A DNA stretch of 63,961 nucleotides, the filler included, from an uncultured Myxococcia bacterium (GTDB taxonomy: Bacteria > CAZTWC01), in NCBI GenBank assembly GCA_964617105.1. It is 7 parts of 7 records of this genome, joined end to end, with 100 filler letters (N's around TTAATTAATTAA, not from the genome) between each part and the next. Parts side by side here need not be neighbours in the genome. Positions count along the whole stretch, not along the records: positions 57,019 to 63,961 come from CAZTWC010000204.1; 6 more parts are not named here. One strand, 5' to 3'. A model generated the notes under the pieces. That model did no database searches. It was not told the origin of the DNA and was given only the letters and a program-made list of their open reading frames with translations. Position numbers and translations under genes: made by a program. Numbering within the stretch: position 1 is the first letter of the stretch; each line of letters opens with the position of its first letter. Below, piece by piece: positions 60,605 to 63,961 of the stretch.

Positions 60605-61552
60605 TTATTCCTCGTCCTCGTCCTCGTCCTCGTCGATATCAAAATACTCCTCGATATCGTCCAAAAGTTTTTTGGCCCATTTTTTTTCTCCCCTAATCTC
60701 TGGCGCCAATTCCGGAATCTTCTCAGGATCGCTGTTGAGCACATCGTTGAGTAAGGTTTTGAATTCGTTGGCGCCCTCTTCGTTTTTAATAATCAAATAC
60801 TGGCACATCAACCTTTTAGCAGCCGGATTCTGGGGAAAATTCTTGATAGCTATGTCGAAATGCTCTCTCGATTTTTTGTTGTCGCCACCGGCAAACGAGG
60901 GAGCTACCGCATAAAAAGCACCAAAGTAGCGATGAGGGGCGGCATAATTAAAGTTTTCATCCAACTTTAAAATATGGGTCATAATCTGTTTTACTCTGTC
61001 TTTGTGAGCCAATAGGGTAGTAAAACCATCTTTTTTGGCCCACAGGGATAAGTTGGTAGAGTACCAATACATCATTGGCACTCCCTCTTTACCAATCAAA
61101 TGGATAATTTTTTCGATCTTCTCCCCTTTTTGCAGTCTCTCTTTAAACTCTTTACTCAGAGTCATAATACCCCGCTCGGCAAAAGTAACGCCCTGATCTA
61201 GAATCTTCAAATATTTATTCTTGGAACCCTCCTGAAAAGCCAGGTGGTAATAGGCGACAAACCAATGGCTTACCGCTAGTTTCTCTAAAAGATTGGTATT
61301 TTCAGGAGCCATCTTTAGAGCCTCTTTATAGATGGCAATCGCCTGTCTTGCTGCTTTCTCATCGTCTCTTTTTTGCCAAAAAGAATCAGCGGCAGCCATT
61401 TTTTTATCAAATTCCTGCTGATCAACTTTGGCGCCAAGAACAGTTTCCGGAGCCGCATCCCAGGCCGCTTTTCTGGAGGCACAAGAGGTGACAACCAGGG
61501 CAGCCAAAATTAAACAAGATAACATAAACCAGTTCCTTGATACTTTATTCAT
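60605..61552 (-). CDS. TPR lipoprotein, TRAP transporter TatT-component-like
   Basis: Lipobox VTSC; MYWYSTNL..W, LDENFNYAAPHRYFGAFYAVAPSFAGGD..KSREHF; acidic DEDEDE tail. Confidence 0.72.
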   Translation of the reverse strand: MNKVSRNWFMLSCLILAALVVTSCASRKAAWDAAPETVLGAKVDQQEFDKKMAAADSFWQKRDDEKAARQAIAIYKEALKMAPENTNLLEKLAVSHWFVAYYHLAFQEGSKNKYLKILDQGVTFAERGIMTLSKEFKERLQKGEKIEKIIHLIGKEGVPMMYWYSTNLSLWAKKDGFTTLLAHKDRVKQIMTHILKLDENFNYAAPHRYFGAFYAVAPSFAGGDNKKSREHFDIAIKNFPQNPAAKRLMCQYLIIKNEEGANEFKTLLNDVLNSDPEKIPELAPEIRGEKKWAKKLLDDIEEYFDIDEDEDEDEE

Positions 61553-61785
61553 AGATCTTTCTCCTGTGGCATAAAACCAATACAAATTAAATATTACTTA
61601 ACAATAGGATTCATAAAAATTACGATAAAAAATTAGTTTAAAGAATTATACCATTAATTTTTTTGTTTTCAAGAAAATTGCTATAGTTTTCTAAACCTGA
61701 TGCAGAATCCTCCTTTAGATCCTTGTTTGAGAAGATAACCCGAGTTTCAATGTAATTATCACCAAGAGTATGCTATAGTTTTTTG

Positions 61786-63423
61786 ATGAATTCATCGTCC
61801 CCCAAAAAAATCCTCTATACATCTATCTTTAAGCCTTGCGGGGTTGACGACAGATTTGGTCGCAAAGAGATGCCGGCAGATTGCCTGAAATCTCAGATTA
61901 TGCCTTTTCAGGATATCTTTGTGCCCATGATCACCTACCAGACCTATGGTCTTCACCTGATTGCCAATAACCTCAAAGATTACCTTCAGGTGGTGCTCGA
62001 TTTTCCCAGCCTGGAATATTTCCAGGCGGAAATTACCAAACATAGTTATGATTATATTGGTATCTCTTTTATTCTGCAGAATTTTCTAAAAATGAAGTTG
62101 ATGGTAGAGTTGATTAAAAAATTCTCCCCCCGCAGCAAAATAATTCTGGGTGGACCGGGAACGCTTATTCCCGGATTACAGGATATCACCAATGCCGACT
62201 ATATTTGCCAGGGAGAGGGAATCAGATTTATGCGGCAATTACTGGGCCAGCAGGACCAGAAGTTTGCGCACCCCAAAATCTATCGTTTTAACCCCACCCT
62301 CTTCGGGCATAAAAATAAAAAACAGTATCCAGTGATTACCAATGGAGTGGGCTGCAACAACAGTTGTGAATTTTGCGCCAGTTCCACTCTTTTTGGCAAT
62401 AAAAAAATTCAGTTTATCAACCAGGAGAACCTGGTCAATTACATACTCCAAATTTATGCAAAACAAAAATCCACCAAATATACTTTTATTGGTGATGAAA
62501 ACCTCTTGCAGGACAATCCCCGCCTGTGTGACCTGTTTATAGAGGGTCAGAAGCAGGTTGATCAGTATCTTGAGTTTAGTATTTTTTCATCTATTGACCT
62601 GATTAGCCAATACAGTGTGGATACTCTGTGCCGGGCAGGTATTCAAAAAGTGTGGCTTGGATTGGAATCCAAATACAGCCAATATGGGAAAAATAAGGTT
62701 GAAAATGTTCATCAAATAGTAAAAAATATGCTGGATGCCGGCATTTCGGTCACAGTTTCCATTATTTTATTTCACGACCGCCACACCAAAAAGAATATTT
62801 GGGAAGATATCCGGTGGGCTTATGATTTTAAAGCGCCTTTTTACCAGTTTATGATCTACACTCCCACTTATGGCACCGCTTTATATAATAAAATGAAGCA
62901 GGAGAACCGCCTATTAGAGGGGATACCTTTGGAAGAGTGGCACGGGCTGAAACAACTGTGCCATGTTCATCCCCATTTTACTCCCTGGGAATCGGAGCAG
63001 ATTCGGAATAAGATCTATCAAGATGAGTATTTTCGCTTTGGCCCCGGGATAATTCGCGACCTGGCCGTTAAAGTAAAAGGATTTCACTACTCACTTAATA
63101 GAGAGTCACAAGATCCGGTTTATAAAAAACGGACCCAATATTTTTTCGATTCCATTAAGTCAAATTTTTCAATCTGTATGGCTTGCCACAAATTGGCTCT
63201 GGAAAAACACCATAGGGAGTTAATTGGAAAAATCCTGGAGGATTGCGGGAAAATAGTGGGAAAACCCTCAGCCAAAGATTATTTAATGGCCGCTTATTTG
63301 ATTGGCCGGGGCAAACTCCAACGACTACTATCAAGCAGAGAAGGAGATGCCTGGACCTGGCAGCCCGATACCAGCCGGTGTGAATACCTCAATGGAAAAT
63401 GTATATCTTGTGAGGTGGTTTAA
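61786..63423 (+). CDS. B12-binding-domain radical SAM protein
   Basis: YDYIGISFI...IILGGPG...ICQGEG; GVGCNNSCEFC; WLGLES; YTPTYGTALY. Confidence 0.88.
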   Translation: MNSSSPKKILYTSIFKPCGVDDRFGRKEMPADCLKSQIMPFQDIFVPMITYQTYGLHLIANNLKDYLQVVLDFPSLEYFQAEITKHSYDYIGISFILQNFLKMKLMVELIKKFSPRSKIILGGPGTLIPGLQDITNADYICQGEGIRFMRQLLGQQDQKFAHPKIYRFNPTLFGHKNKKQYPVITNGVGCNNSCEFCASSTLFGNKKIQFINQENLVNYILQIYAKQKSTKYTFIGDENLLQDNPRLCDLFIEGQKQVDQYLEFSIFSSIDLISQYSVDTLCRAGIQKVWLGLESKYSQYGKNKVENVHQIVKNMLDAGISVTVSIILFHDRHTKKNIWEDIRWAYDFKAPFYQFMIYTPTYGTALYNKMKQENRLLEGIPLEEWHGLKQLCHVHPHFTPWESEQIRNKIYQDEYFRFGPGIIRDLAVKVKGFHYSLNRESQDPVYKKRTQYFFDSIKSNFSICMACHKLALEKHHRELIGKILEDCGKIVGKPSAKDYLMAAYLIGRGKLQRLLSSREGDAWTWQPDTSRCEYLNGKCISCEVV

Positions 63424-63487
63424 CTGCTGTCTCTGGTTTTCAGACCAACAGTCCGCCGGCCCCATTGGACCCATTGTTTCACATCTA

Positions 63488-63961
63488 TCACTCACTTTCT
63501 GTGTAACGGTAAGACACCAGCATCCCTATCAGGGAGATCACACCGACACTTCCCAATAAGACCCAGATAAACCAGGGTTGATATGTATCCCACAAAACCT
63601 GTTTGGCCTGAGAAACGGTGGTCCCCTCCCCTATTTTTAGCGCCAGGGTATTCAAAATTTCCGCTGGTTTGATCTCCTCTACCGCTGCTCTGGTCATGTC
63701 AAAATGCTCTACCAGATACTGCCGGGCAAATTCAGTGCGGGAGGCATATTTATCATAAAGCGGACCCGAAATACCATTGCCAGCGGCCCAACCAATGGCA
63801 AAAGGAATATTGGAATAGCCCATATAGATGGCTTTTTTGTCAGCAGGGGCGGTCATGCCGATATATTCTGAAAATTTGGGGCTGCAGATTATCTCGCCAA
63901 TGGCAAAGATAAAGATCATCAGAGCGCAGATAACTCCAATATTGCTCAAGCCGCTGCCAAC
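63488..63961 (-). CDS. MFS/POT-type peptide transporter, 5'-partial
   Basis: IFAIGEIICSPKFSEYIG.TAPADKKAIYMGY. Confidence 0.8.
   Translation of the reverse strand, partial: VGSGLSNIGVICALMIFIFAIGEIICSPKFSEYIGMTAPADKKAIYMGYSNIPFAIGWAAGNGISGPLYDKYASRTEFARQYLVEHFDMTRAAVEEIKPAEILNTLALKIGEGTTVSQAKQVLWDTYQPWFIWVLLGSVGVISLIGMLVSYRYTESE

Overview
This window is not one locus. It is seven unrelated contigs of a fragmented, probably metagenome-assembled genome, joined by artificial 100-nt linkers (N44-TTAATTAATTAA-N44). Contig lengths descend: >=9567, 9418, 9391, 9365, 9342, 9335, then a truncated one. The gene content suggests a fairly AT-rich Myxococcota-like deltaproteobacterium (inference). Housekeeping content includes the end of the dcw cluster (ftsW-murG-murC-murB-ftsQ-ftsA-ftsZ), mreBCD-mrdA, metG, truA, rlmD, trkA, tatA, gloB, cobB, elbB and four tRNAs. 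Highlights: (1) A >=1946-aa secreted protein that the ORF track misses (1..5840, minus). It has beta-propellers, a C13/caspase-fold domain apparently lacking both catalytic residues, FN3 and Cys/Asp repeats. It very probably continues in contig 7 (57019..60535) through 16 more repeats, a ZU5-like domain with an HFS autoproteolysis motif and a MYXO-CTERM-like anchor, giving a >3100-aa surface protein that may shed itself. (2) A MurG in its normal position whose glycine-loop and catalytic motifs are degenerate, beside an FtsZ with no canonical C-terminal peptide. (3) A dispersed TWA-flanked palindromic mini-element. One copy frameshifts a lipoprotein gene, one supplies the C-terminus of RlmD, and two inverted copies bracket a cyanobacterial-type Nif11-cupin gene. 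(4) A decaying accessory patch with an IS3 orfA, an ATPase preceded by an operator array, a YafQ remnant and an internally deleted Na/Pi transporter. All calls come from reading motifs by eye; no searches were run.
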